From a candidate division WWE3 bacterium (GTDB lineage: Bacteria; Patescibacteriota; WWE3; UBA101185; UBA10185), in contig QZJF01000017.1 of the NCBI GenBank assembly GCA_003599255.1, positions 179,278-240,707 of the forward strand: 61,430 nt of DNA. Reading direction: 5' to 3'. Positions 8,782 through 19,500 of the stretch are shown piece by piece. The notes under the pieces were generated by a model. That model had not been told where the DNA came from. It ran no database searches and worked only from the letters and a program-made list of their open reading frames with translations. Numbering within the stretch: the stretch's first letter is position 1; the number at the start of each line of letters is the position of its first letter. A program made the translations under genes and the position numbers.

Positions 8782-10223
8782 TGAGAATAGCCGTAATAAC
8801 CGCAAATTTAGGAAACTTTGATCCGGTTATCAAGCATGTGGATCAGTCTTTGCCGTGTGACTTTTACAGATTTACTGATGAAAACTTTCCGCCCAGGAGT
8901 AAAGCGATGACTCCAAGACTGCAGGCACGCATCGTAAAAATGTTCGGCTGGCAAATGGTTCCGGGTTACGACTATTATATTTGGGTCGATTCCTCTTTGA
9001 TTTTGTCCGACAAGGATTCTGTAAGTTGGTTTTTAAAACAATGTGAGAGTGTCGACATGGCGGTTTTTAAGCATCCCGAAAGAAACACTATTCAGGAAGA
9101 AGCGGACTTTTTAAAAGAACGCATTAACAGAAAAGACTCTTACATACTTTCAAGATATGAAAATGAATTAGTTGACGAACAACTGGCGGCAATTAAAGCC
9201 GATAAAAGTTTTGCAGATCAAAATTTGTTTGCTTCCAGCGCACTTATTTATAAAAATAATTCAAAAGTACACAATGTTATGTTTCAGTGGTGGCATCACA
9301 CCTCCAGATATCATACGATAGATCAGCTCTCACTCCCCTACGTATTGTTCAAACAAAATTGTTCCGTGAGAATAATACCCGATAATTATTTGAAGACTAC
9401 TTATCTACAACATGTAAGAAAATTTAAAGATCAAGAAGACTGGGATAACCAAAATAAAGAGCAGTATAAAAAAACAGAAGCTGAACTACAAGTGGAAAAG
9501 ATAATGGAAAATCTGGCAAAAGTGGAAAGTCCCCAATTGCAGTTAGACAAACCAAAGGAGGAACCTGAGGGGGTTTCCTCCAACACTACAAACCAGTACC
9601 AACATGTACTGGATTTTTGGCGCGAGTGGCTAGAAGGTAACGGCAAAGCATTTGAAAGATCAGGACGCTTAATTAACAGATTTGACTTTATGCTCAAGGG
9701 AAGAAAAAGGGCAACCATTGCCAACTTAGGAGCCGGCCCGGTGTGTTTAATAGGCAATTGGCGGCGCGATATAAAGGTAAATATAGTATCATCCGATATT
9801 CTGGCCGATGAATACGCGAAAATCCGCAAGGAACTGGACTTAAACCCGCAATATATTGTTGAAAAAGAAGACATGGAGAATCTAAGTTATGGAGATAACT
9901 CATTTGATATTGTTTATTGTGCGAATGCACTTGATCGTACAAAGAATCCTCGCAAAGCTTTGATGGAAATGTTTAGGCTTTGTAAGCCTGACGGATATGT
10001 TTATCTGAGGCACATTGTTGATAATGACTATAGACATTTAGATAAAAGTCCATATAAATGGAAAATAGAATTAATTGAAAGCGTGGATTGCAGATTTTCT
10101 AATTACACTTCAGAACAAAATGGTGAAGGATTTTTACTTTCCGAAGTTTACCAGGGATTTAAATCAAAGGTAGAATTAACTGCAAAGGGGGTGTTGATAA
10201 CTTCCTACGTACAAAAAAAGTAG
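8781..10223 (+). CDS. Fusion protein: DUF616 (TOD1/MUCI70-like) putative glycosyltransferase domain plus C-terminal SAM methyltransferase (Methyltransf_11-like)
   Basis: N-terminus has IAVITANLGNFD...YYIWVDSSL...FKHPERN, which is DUF616-like. The C-terminus has NLGAGP...FDIVYCANALD...LCKPDGYVYL, a class I MTase pattern. The two are joined by a charged linker. Confidence 0.65.
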   Translation: MRIAVITANLGNFDPVIKHVDQSLPCDFYRFTDENFPPRSKAMTPRLQARIVKMFGWQMVPGYDYYIWVDSSLILSDKDSVSWFLKQCESVDMAVFKHPERNTIQEEADFLKERINRKDSYILSRYENELVDEQLAAIKADKSFADQNLFASSALIYKNNSKVHNVMFQWWHHTSRYHTIDQLSLPYVLFKQNCSVRIIPDNYLKTTYLQHVRKFKDQEDWDNQNKEQYKKTEAELQVEKIMENLAKVESPQLQLDKPKEEPEGVSSNTTNQYQHVLDFWREWLEGNGKAFERSGRLINRFDFMLKGRKRATIANLGAGPVCLIGNWRRDIKVNIVSSDILADEYAKIRKELDLNPQYIVEKEDMENLSYGDNSFDIVYCANALDRTKNPRKALMEMFRLCKPDGYVYLRHIVDNDYRHLDKSPYKWKIELIESVDCRFSNYTSEQNGEGFLLSEVYQGFKSKVELTAKGVLITSYVQKK

Positions 10224-10244
10224 ACTTGATGCCCACACACAACT

Positions 10245-10949
10245 ATGGACGATTTAACAATTATCTATTACACAGCAAATAAAAACAGCGACGTTTTTAT
10301 GAGAAGCACTCAGAAAATTTTACTTCATGCAATTGGGGACACACCTATAATAAGTGTTTCGTTCAAACCGACTGTTATCGGAAGTAACTGTAAGAACATT
10401 TGCATTGGTGAACAGAAGCGTTCCAATTATATGATTTACAAACAAGTGTTGCTGGGTGTGCGCGAGGCCAAAACAAAATACGTTGCAATGGCTGAAGATG
10501 ATATGCTCTACTCCCCCGAACACTTTACCTATCGACCGCCTGATGACGAAACATTTTCTTACAATATAAATAAGTGGTCAATATTCTCATGGGTTAAGCC
10601 CCCCTATCTGTCCTATCGTGTAAGAAAATTGATGAATAGTTTGATAACTACAAATTCGGCACTGCAAAAAACGTTGGAGGAAAGATATGAGAAATATCCC
10701 GTGCTGGAAGAAATTCCGAAAGAATTTTTTAAGAAGTATTGGGGCGAGCCCGGGCGATTTGAGAATCATCTCGGCATTTCACCGGTAAAAACCGAGGAGT
10801 TTAGTTCATCCGTCCCTAATATAATGTTTTCTACATCCGAAGCACTGGGTTTTTTAGATTTAGGAGAGAGAAAAGCCCACAGCAATATTAAAGCGGATAA
10901 AGTTGAACCATGGGGTACTGCGGAGGAAATATTAAAGTTGTATGGATAA
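10245..10949 (+). CDS. Uncharacterised protein, putative GT-A-like module (paralog of the C-terminal half of 11485-13215)
   Basis: IIYYTANK...PIISVSFKP...EDDMLYSPEHF matches IIYYTDNK...PIISVSLKP...CEHDVLYHPSHF in the downstream protein. EDD/EHD could be a DxD-type motif. Confidence 0.5.
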   Translation: MDDLTIIYYTANKNSDVFMRSTQKILLHAIGDTPIISVSFKPTVIGSNCKNICIGEQKRSNYMIYKQVLLGVREAKTKYVAMAEDDMLYSPEHFTYRPPDDETFSYNINKWSIFSWVKPPYLSYRVRKLMNSLITTNSALQKTLEERYEKYPVLEEIPKEFFKKYWGEPGRFENHLGISPVKTEEFSSSVPNIMFSTSEALGFLDLGERKAHSNIKADKVEPWGTAEEILKLYG

Positions 10950-10958
10950 TAAATTAAT

Positions 10959-11492
10959 ATGCACCCTGCCTCGTTAGAGATAATGAAAAACTTTATAAAA
11001 TTGTATCTGCCAGATAAGAAATTAAATATCTTGGATTTGGGATGCCGCGTTGTACCCGGACAGGAACACCTCGGATCCTATAGACAACTTATAACAAACA
11101 AAAAATGGAAATACACCGGCGCGGATGTTGAGACCGGAACAAATGTGGACACGGTTATTGAGGACTATGAATTTCCATACAATGATGCTGCATTCGATAT
11201 TGTTATATCAGGACAAACAATAGAACACATTGAATTTCCATGGGTGTGGTTCAAAGAAATGGCACGTGTGCTAAAACCGGGCGGGTATTGTTGCATTATC
11301 GCGCCGGCGGTAATACACGAACACAAATACCCTATAGATACTTTTAGATACTATCCGGACGGTATGCGAGCTCTAGCTAAGTGGAGTAATCTTGAAGTCA
11401 TTGACGTAAGAAGACTTAGGGTTCATAACAAACGAATGGAAGACACGTACCTGATTGCAAAAAAACTGGAGGTAAAGAAGAAAAATGGCTGA
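10959..11492 (+). CDS. Class I SAM-dependent methyltransferase (Methyltransf_11-like)
   Basis: ILDLGCR motif I, FDIVISGQTIEH, LKPGGYCCI, 177 aa. Confidence 0.75.
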   Translation: MHPASLEIMKNFIKLYLPDKKLNILDLGCRVVPGQEHLGSYRQLITNKKWKYTGADVETGTNVDTVIEDYEFPYNDAAFDIVISGQTIEHIEFPWVWFKEMARVLKPGGYCCIIAPAVIHEHKYPIDTFRYYPDGMRALAKWSNLEVIDVRRLRVHNKRMEDTYLIAKKLEVKKKNG

Positions 11493-13215
11493 CTTATCTA
11501 TATTAATACCTTCCCGTAACGAGATGTTCCTGAGAAGAACAGTTGAAAATATCCTTCAAAATATTGAGGGAGACACCGAGATAATTGCGGTTCTGGACGG
11601 AGAGTGGTCCGATCCCGGAATTCCTGATAACAAAAGGGTTAAACTCATATACAACCCGGTCAGTATTGGACAAAGAGCCGCTACAAATCAAGCAGCCCGT
11701 ATGTCCAATTCGAAATATTTAATGAAATGTGATGCACACTGCTCTTTTGATAAAGGTTTTGATATTAAAATGATAAGAGAGATGCGTGATGATTGGACAA
11801 TGGTTCCCTTAATGAGAAACCTCCATGCATTCGATTGGGTCTGCCCTGACGGACATAGGAGATACCAAGGTCCCAGTGGGCCATGTGAAATATGCGGAAA
11901 AGAAACCGTAAGAGATGTTGTGTGGATAGCCAAAGAAAGTCCGAAGAGTACCTCATACTGCTTTGATTCTACTCCACACTTTCAATACTTCGGAGAATTT
12001 ACCAAAAGACCTGAGGGCAAAGGGGATATTACTGAGACGATGTCACTGCAGGGCTCATGCTTTATGCTTACACAGGATAAGTATTGGGAGCTTAATATTT
12101 GCGATGAGAATTTCGGGAGTTGGGGCTCTCAGGGAATAGAGGTAGCGGTTAAAACCTGGCTCTCAGGTGGTCGTGTGATGGTGAATCATAAAACGTGGTA
12201 CGCCCACCTGTTTAGAACACAGGGAGGAGACTTCAGCTTCCCCTACCCCATATCCGGGAAAGATCAGGAAAAAGCCAAGCAGTATGCAAAAGATTTGTTT
12301 TTCAATAATAAGTGGGAAAAGCAGATTCATCCGCTTTTCTGGCTGGTCGAAAAATTTTGGCCGGTAAAGGGTTGGACGGAGGAAGACCTGCGCAAGTTAA
12401 AAAACAACACTTTTTCATTTTCGGAAAGCGCAGCATTAACGGTAAAACCTGTTGAAAGCGAACCTACGGAAGATACTATTTCTCCCGTAAAAACTGAAAT
12501 TGCCGTCACGGTAAACGCCCCGTCTGAAGAGCCTTCGAAGGGAATTATTTATTACACTGATAACAAATTAAAGCTAAAAATTGCTCGGGAAGTACAAAAT
12601 CAGTTAAGAGTAATAAGTAAGAATTTGAACATACCTATTATAAGTGTTTCTCTGAAACCGATGTCACACTTCGGTAATAAAAACATATGGTTAAAGCACT
12701 TAAAAAGGAGTCACTTGGCTATGTTTAAACAGATACTAGCAGCATTAGAAAACAGTACTGCAGATATAATATTTTTCTGTGAACACGATGTTTTATATCA
12801 TCCGTCTCATTTTGATTTCATACCTCCGACAAAAGATAAATTCTATTATAATCAGAACTTTTGGAAATTGCGCGTAGAGGACGGGCACGCGGTACACTTT
12901 GATGCCAACCAGGTAAACGGGATGTGTGTGTACAGAGAATTGGCTCTCAAAGAATACAGAGAAAGAGTCGCTATCGTTGAAAAAAACGGATACGATCGGA
13001 ATATGGGATTTGAACCCGGGACTCACGACGGCAGATTCGGTGTATGGAAATCTCCCCTCCCTATAATAGATATCCGCCACACAAGCAATATGACAAAAAA
13101 TCGTTGGAGTCAGGACGAATTCAGAAACAAAGACAGTTGCCGGGGATGGGTTGAAACGGACGATGAAATTCCGGGTTGGGGAAAAACAAAAGATTTAATT
13201 AAGAAATTGGGTTAG
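11485..13215 (+). CDS. Two-module glycosyltransferase: ppGalNAc-T-like GT-A domain (paralog of 6076-6999) plus a second module (paralog of 10245-10949)
   Basis: LSILIPSRNE, DAHC (DxH), WLSGGRVMVNHKTWYAHLFR, then a P/E/T linker and the IIYYTDNK...CEHDVLY module. It also has a Cys/His insert, CPDGH...CEIC (11842-11895), that is absent from the paralog. Confidence 0.75.
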   Translation: MADLSILIPSRNEMFLRRTVENILQNIEGDTEIIAVLDGEWSDPGIPDNKRVKLIYNPVSIGQRAATNQAARMSNSKYLMKCDAHCSFDKGFDIKMIREMRDDWTMVPLMRNLHAFDWVCPDGHRRYQGPSGPCEICGKETVRDVVWIAKESPKSTSYCFDSTPHFQYFGEFTKRPEGKGDITETMSLQGSCFMLTQDKYWELNICDENFGSWGSQGIEVAVKTWLSGGRVMVNHKTWYAHLFRTQGGDFSFPYPISGKDQEKAKQYAKDLFFNNKWEKQIHPLFWLVEKFWPVKGWTEEDLRKLKNNTFSFSESAALTVKPVESEPTEDTISPVKTEIAVTVNAPSEEPSKGIIYYTDNKLKLKIAREVQNQLRVISKNLNIPIISVSLKPMSHFGNKNIWLKHLKRSHLAMFKQILAALENSTADIIFFCEHDVLYHPSHFDFIPPTKDKFYYNQNFWKLRVEDGHAVHFDANQVNGMCVYRELALKEYRERVAIVEKNGYDRNMGFEPGTHDGRFGVWKSPLPIIDIRHTSNMTKNRWSQDEFRNKDSCRGWVETDDEIPGWGKTKDLIKKLG

Positions 13216-13338
13216 TGTCCCACTACCTTTATCATTATAATAAGTACAGAAATGTATTTGTACTCCCACAAATATTATGAGTAGCACGGCAGAAATTACA
13301 AAATATAAGGCACCTATAGGATTATTTTGGAGTATCCG

Positions 13339-13599
13339 ATGAGCCGCTGGAATAGCTGGAACATGAAATACGGAAAATATTGGATGATTCAGTGGCAGAT
13401 AAATAACTGGGTTTCCTTTGGTATTCACGTAGACTGGAGCAGAAAGTACACCGGAAGAGATCACATTCCTTATGGACCCTATGTAGATATACATTTTCTT
13501 TTTTTTATCTTCAGTTTTGGATACAATCCAAAGTATTCAAATGAGGCGGAATTACTCGCCATTGGGAGAGGGGGTATAGATGCCGACAACGATAACTAA
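13339..13599 (+). CDS. Small Trp-rich hypothetical protein
   Basis: GGAG lies 6 nt upstream of ATG 13339. 86 aa ([24 protein letters not shown]...). Its 3' end overlaps the giant gene start by 20 nt. No family recognised. Confidence 0.35.
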   Translation: MSRWNSWNMKYGKYWMIQWQINNWVSFGIHVDWSRKYTGRDHIPYGPYVDIHFLFFIFSFGYNPKYSNEAELLAIGRGGIDADNDN

Positions 13600-16500
13600 A
13601 TACTTCAGTTTTAACTCTACTATAGAAGGATTCACTGGAACTCCGGGCAACGCGTCAACTACAATGACCCGGGATACAACTGAAGACTCAACAAACGATT
13701 CCAACGCTGGTACAGGAACTCTTCAATGTATCACATCAGGTAAGAATAAAAATTCTACATCCACTTGGAATTGGACCGGTACATACGAGAGCATGGGAGT
13801 ACCTGCGGGTGCAGTGGTCACTGATGTAAACATAAACTATGACTACAAATGTTACTCCTATGCTGTTGGTAATACGTGCCATTCAGGACCGCTAACCTTT
13901 GGCGGCACCCAAATATCGGGAGAAAACTCAATAACCGGAACAACTTCTTGGATTACCGTAACAGGAACCGCAATTACGGGATTAACTGATCCTTCCAGCA
14001 CATCAAAAACTATTTCTATTACTCTTGATACTGCTACCGGAAACTCAAATTCAGCTGTTGTAGGGGTTAGAAATGACTGGATAGCCGTATCTATAACTTA
14101 TACGGGAGTATCTCCCAGTGCTTCTATTTCGCCATCGGCTTCAGCTTCGGCGTCGGTGTCTCCTAGCGCATCCGTTAGTCCGAGCGCTTCGATTTCCCCT
14201 TCAGCTAGTGCAAGTGCTTCGATATCTCCTTCAGCTAGCTTATCACCAAGCTCTTCAGCTTCTGCCTCCATCAGTCCCTCTGCCAGTATTTCTCCTAGTT
14301 CTTCACTCTCACCAAGTGTGTCGGTATCCGCTTCAATTTCTCCAAGCCCTTCTCCAGGATCTACCGGGATTGTAGATATGTATGACGAAAAAGAGATGAA
14401 TGATTTTGAATGGCTGGGAGAGGCCGAGGACGGAATGGGGACAGGTCAATCATTCACAGGCGATGGGGGAGTGCTAAAGAGCGCGTATTTCTATCTGGCT
14501 CTTAGCTACGGTACCCCTAGCGGAAACATGTACGCGAAGATATTTGCCCACACTGGGACCTATGGAACTAGTTCCTTACCAACAGGATCGCCTTTAGCAG
14601 TATCTGACCCGGTAGACTCGTCAACTGTAGTCAGTACAGAATATAACTATTTCAATTTTACTTTTTCCGGTGCTAATAAAATTACTTTAGAAAACGGTAC
14701 ATATTACGTATTAACCTTGGAATGGGACGGCATTGGCTCTTCGGCGGCTATTTATTGCGCTACTAACTCTAGTACTGGAAGCCACGGCGGAAATATTTGC
14801 GTCGCTAGTGAAGTTGCTTATCCAACAACAATCTGGGGCGTTAATATTAACGGTGACTTAATCTTTCGCATATTTTCTGATCTTGTGTCACCGTCAGCAA
14901 GTGTGAGTGCGTCTGTATCTCCCAGTGCCTCTACATCTCCAAGCGCATCCATTAGCCCATCGGCCAGCGCAAGCACCTCTGTTTCACCTTCGGCTTCTAT
15001 AAGTCCCTCGGCAAGTGCAAGTGCTTCTGTATCACCCAGCGCGAGTATTTCACCAAGCGCTTCTGTTTCTGTATCTATAAGCCCGTCGGCAAGTGTTTCT
15101 CCAAGTGTCTCTGTATCAGCATCGGTATCACCAAGCGCTTCAATTAGTCCGTCAGCTTCTATATCTCCAAGCACTTCCGCGTCGGCCTCCGTTAGTCCAT
15201 CTGCCTCTATTAGTCCATCTGCGAGTGTAAGTGCTTCTATTTCTCCATCAGCTTCGATTAGTCCCTCAGCCAGTATGTCTCCGTCATCGAGTGCGAGTGA
15301 GTCAATATCTCCAAGCGCATCAATATCTCCGTCAGCATCGGTATCGGCAAGCATCTCGCCGTCCGCTTCAATCAGTCCTTCTGCAAGCGTATCTCCCAGC
15401 GCTTCGGCATCTGCGTCAATCAGTCCTTCGGCAAGCATCTCGCCGTCCGCTTCTTCATCCGCATCCGTGTCACCTTCGGCTTCGTTATCACCAAGTGCCT
15501 CAATATCTCCTTCAGCTTCCGCTTCTGCATCCATAAGCCCGTCGGCATCTGTAAGTCCTTCTGCAAGTATTAGCGCGTCTGTCAGCCCATCAGCCAGCGT
15601 AAGTCCAAGCGCCTCTATTTCACCAAGTTCCTCAGCTTCGGCCTCCGTCTCACCAAGTGCTTCGATAAGTCCTAGCGCCTCAGCTTCAGCATCGGTTTCC
15701 CCATCTGCGAGTGTTTCGCCGTCAACAAGCATTAGTGCTTCTATCAGTCCCTCTGCTTCCGTAAGTCCATCCGCCTCGGCATCGGCTTCAATCAGCCCAA
15801 GCGCATCAATTTCGCCTTCTGCTTCAATTTCTCCCAGTGCTTCCGCGTCGGCATCAGTATCTCCAAGCGCGTCCGTTTCACCAAGTGCGTCCTTATCCGC
15901 GTCAATAAGTCCCTCGGCCAGTGTGAGTCCGAGTGCATCTGTATCTCCGAGCGCTTCAGCTTCGGCGTCTGTTTCACCCAGCGCATCCGTCAGTCCAAGC
16001 GCTTCAATATCTGCGTCCGTTTCGCCCAGTGCGTCAATATCTCCATCAGCTAGCACAAGCGCATCCGTATCCCCCTCGGCCAGTGTTTCTCCGTCAACTA
16101 GTGCGAGTGCTTCTGTTAGTCCATCGGCTTCCGTAAGCCCGTCGGCTAGTATAAGCGCCTCCATTAGTCCTTCTGCTTCAATTAGTCCCTCGGCAAGTGC
16201 AAGTGCTTCTATTTCTCCATCAGCTTCAGTTAGTCCTTCGGCCAGTACTTCCCCATCAGCGAGCGCTAGTGCTTCAATATCCCCCAGCGCTTCAATCAGT
16301 CCGTCCGCAAGCGCCAGTGCTTCTATTTCACCTTCAGCTTCAATCAGTCAATCTGCAAGTATATCTCCGAGCGCGTCAGCTTCGGCCTCCGTATCCCCAT
16401 CGGCAAGTATTTCACCAAGCGCTTCGGTGTCTGCATCAGTTTCGCCAAGTGCGTCCGTAAGTCCGTCAGCAAGCATAAGCGCATCTGTATCTCCCTCGGC

Positions 16501-19500
16501 TTCAGTAAGTCCTAGCGCATCTACGTCTGCTTCAACATCGCCTTCAGCCTCAATAAGCCCTTCCGCAAGTAGTAGCGCTTCTGTTAGCCCCTCAGCTTCA
16601 GTTTCTCCTTCCGCTTCTGTGTCTGCCTCAATCAGTCCCTCTGCCAGTATTTCACCATCAGCGAGCGAGAGTGCGTCCTTATCGCCTAGTGCATCAATAT
16701 CTCCATCAGCCTCGACATCGGCAAGTATCTCACCTTCAGCTTCAATCAGCCCGTCGTCTAGTATTAGCGCATCTGTATCTCCCTCGGCTTCAATTTCTCC
16801 CAGTGCTTCTATTAGTCCGAGTACTTCGGTTTCAGCTTCCGTATCGCCGAGCGCCTCGATAAGTCCTAGTGCATCAGCATCTGCGTCGATAAGTCCTTCA
16901 GCATCAATATCACCGAGCGCGTCGGTTAGTCCTTCAGCTAGTGCGAGTGCTTCTGTTAGTCCTTCGGCTTCTGTCAGCCCATCGGCTAGCGCAAGCGCTT
17001 CCATTAGTCCCTCTGCCTCGATCAGTCCCTCTGCAAGTATTAGTGCATCGATATCTCCATCGGCGTCGGTATCCGCCAGTATTTCACCGTCAGCTAGTGC
17101 AAGCGGGTCAGTATCACCAAGTGCATCAGTAAGCCCGTCGGCAAGCATTAGCGCGTCAATTAGTCCTTCAGCTTCAATCAGTCCGTCGGCAAGTATCAGT
17201 GCCTCTGTTTCGCCATCCGCATCGATTAGCCCCTCGTCTAGCATCAGTGCTTCAATCAGTCCCAGCGCATCAATATCACCTAGTGCATCGGCATCTGCCT
17301 CCGTCAGCCCGTCTGCGAGTGTATCTCCCTCAGCTAGTGCGAGTGCATCGGTATCACCCAGTGCATCCGTAAGTCCATCCGCTTCAGTATCGGGATCAAT
17401 TAGTCCATCAGCTTCGGTTAGTCCCTCGGTGAGCATTAGTGCTTCTGTAAGTCCAAGCGCATCTGTTAGCCCATCAGCTTCGATCTCTGCTTCTATCAGC
17501 CCTTCAGCCAGTGTTAGTCCTAGCGCTTCGGCTTCGGCTTCGGTATCCCCGAGTGCTTCGGTTTCTGCATCAGTATCTCCCAGTTCTTCTATCAGCCCGT
17601 CAGCGAGTATTAGTGCGTCAATATCGCCAAGCGCTTCAGTTAGTCCCAGCGCATCCGGATCTGCATCTATAAGTCCATCTTCTAGCGCTAGTCCTAGTCT
17701 TTCTGTATCAGCTTCAATATCGCCAAGTGCCTCAGTAAGTCCTTCAGCAAGTATCAGTGCCTCAATCAGTCCCAGTTCATCTATCTCGCCAAGTGCCTCG
17801 GTGTCTGCATCGGTATCACCAAGTGCTTCTATATCGCCAAGCGCATCAATTAGTCCATCGGCCAGTGTCTCTGCGAGTGTTTCGCCATCTGCAAGTGTTT
17901 CACCGTCTGCTTCGGTGTCTGCATCCGTAAGCCCAAGTGCATCAGTTTCTCCGTCTGCATCAGTGTCCCCCAGCGCTTCAGCATCCGCATCAGTTTCGCC
18001 ATCTGCCTCGATTAGTCCTTCAGCAAGTACAAGCGCATCAGTTTCTACATCTTCGTCGATTTCGCCCAGCGCTTCGGCATCTGCGTCGGTAAGTCCATCT
18101 GCGAGTGTATCTCCTTCGGCCAGTGCGAGTGGGTCTATATCACCAAGTGCTTCTATTAGCCCCAGCGCATCAGCTTCAGCGTCAATTTCGCCATCTGCCT
18201 CGATTAGTCCTTCTGCCTCGCTATCCTCTTCGGTTAGTCCGTCGGCTAGTGTGTCCCCAAGTGCGTCAATTTCTGCATCAATAAGTCCAAGCGCATCGAT
18301 TTCTCCATCAGCATCAATTAGTCCCTCGGCCAGTGCAAGTGCTTCTATATCGCCAAGTGCTTCAACTAGTCCATCGGCAAGTATCAGTGCTTCTCTAAGT
18401 CCTTCAGCAAGTGTTTCGCCCAGCGCGTCCGCGTCGGGATCTGTCTCTGCATCTGTATCTCCCTCGGCCAGCGCAAGTGCTTCTGTTAGTCCATCAGCGT
18501 CGGTTAGTCCATCGGCTAGCATAAGTGCATCCGTGTCTCCATCGACCAGCATTTCCCCGTCAGCTAGTGCAAGTGCTTCTATATCGCCCAGCGCATCAGT
18601 TAGTCCAAGTTCGTCCGGTTCAGCTTCAACATCTCCGAGTGCTTCCTTATCGGCATCAATTTCGCCTTCCGCATCAATAAGTCCATCCGCAAGTATCAGT
18701 GCCTCCCTAAGTCCTTCCGCGAGTGTTTCTCCGAGCCCGTCGGTATCTGCGTCAGTATCTCCCAGTGCTTCTATATCGCCCAGCGCATCAGTTAGTCCAT
18801 CAGCTAGTACAAGTGCTTCTGTTAGTCCATCAGCGTCGGTTAGTCCGTCGGCAAGCATAAGCGCTTCCATTAGCCCTTCAGCGTCATTAAGTCCGTCTGC
18901 TAGCGTTAGCTCTTCAGTAAGTCCTTCAGCTTCAATCAGCCCAAGCGCTTCAGCATCCGCATCCGTATCGCCAAGTTCATCTATATCTCCATCCGCACCT
19001 ATCAGTAGTCCCAGTGCATCCGTTAGCCCTTCTGCAAGTATCAGCGCGTCGGTTTCTCCTTCAGCTTCAGTAAGTCCTTCAGCCAGCGTCAGTGCTTCTG
19101 TGTCACCGAGCGCATCAATAAGCCCGAGTGCCTCTATCTCTGTATCAGTAAGTCCATCAGCTTCAATATCAGCCTCTATATCTCCTTCCGCATCAATAAG
19201 CCCATCGGCGAGTGCAAGTGCGTCAGTATCGCCCTCAGCAAGTGTTTCTCCATCGGCAAGCATTAGCACATCGATTAGTCCTTCAGCCTCAATAAGTCCT
19301 AGTGCCTCGCTATCCACATCAGTATCTCCAAGCGCAAGTATCTCGGCCTCTGCCAGTGTGAGCGCGTCAGTAAGTCCGTCAGCTAGCATTTCCCCGAGCG
19401 CGTCACTTTCAGCTTCGCTGAGTCCTAGTGCGTCAATATCCCCAAGTACAAGCGCCAGCGCATCTGAAAGTCCTTCAGCAAGTATCAGTGCCTCTGTCAG

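Noticed and set aside
13195-13494. 99-aa minus-strand ORF between the glyco-operon and the giant gene
   Set aside because: It overlaps the plus-strand Trp-rich ORF and the end of 11485-13215. It has no RBS and would be the only minus-strand gene in a 17-kb plus-strand block.
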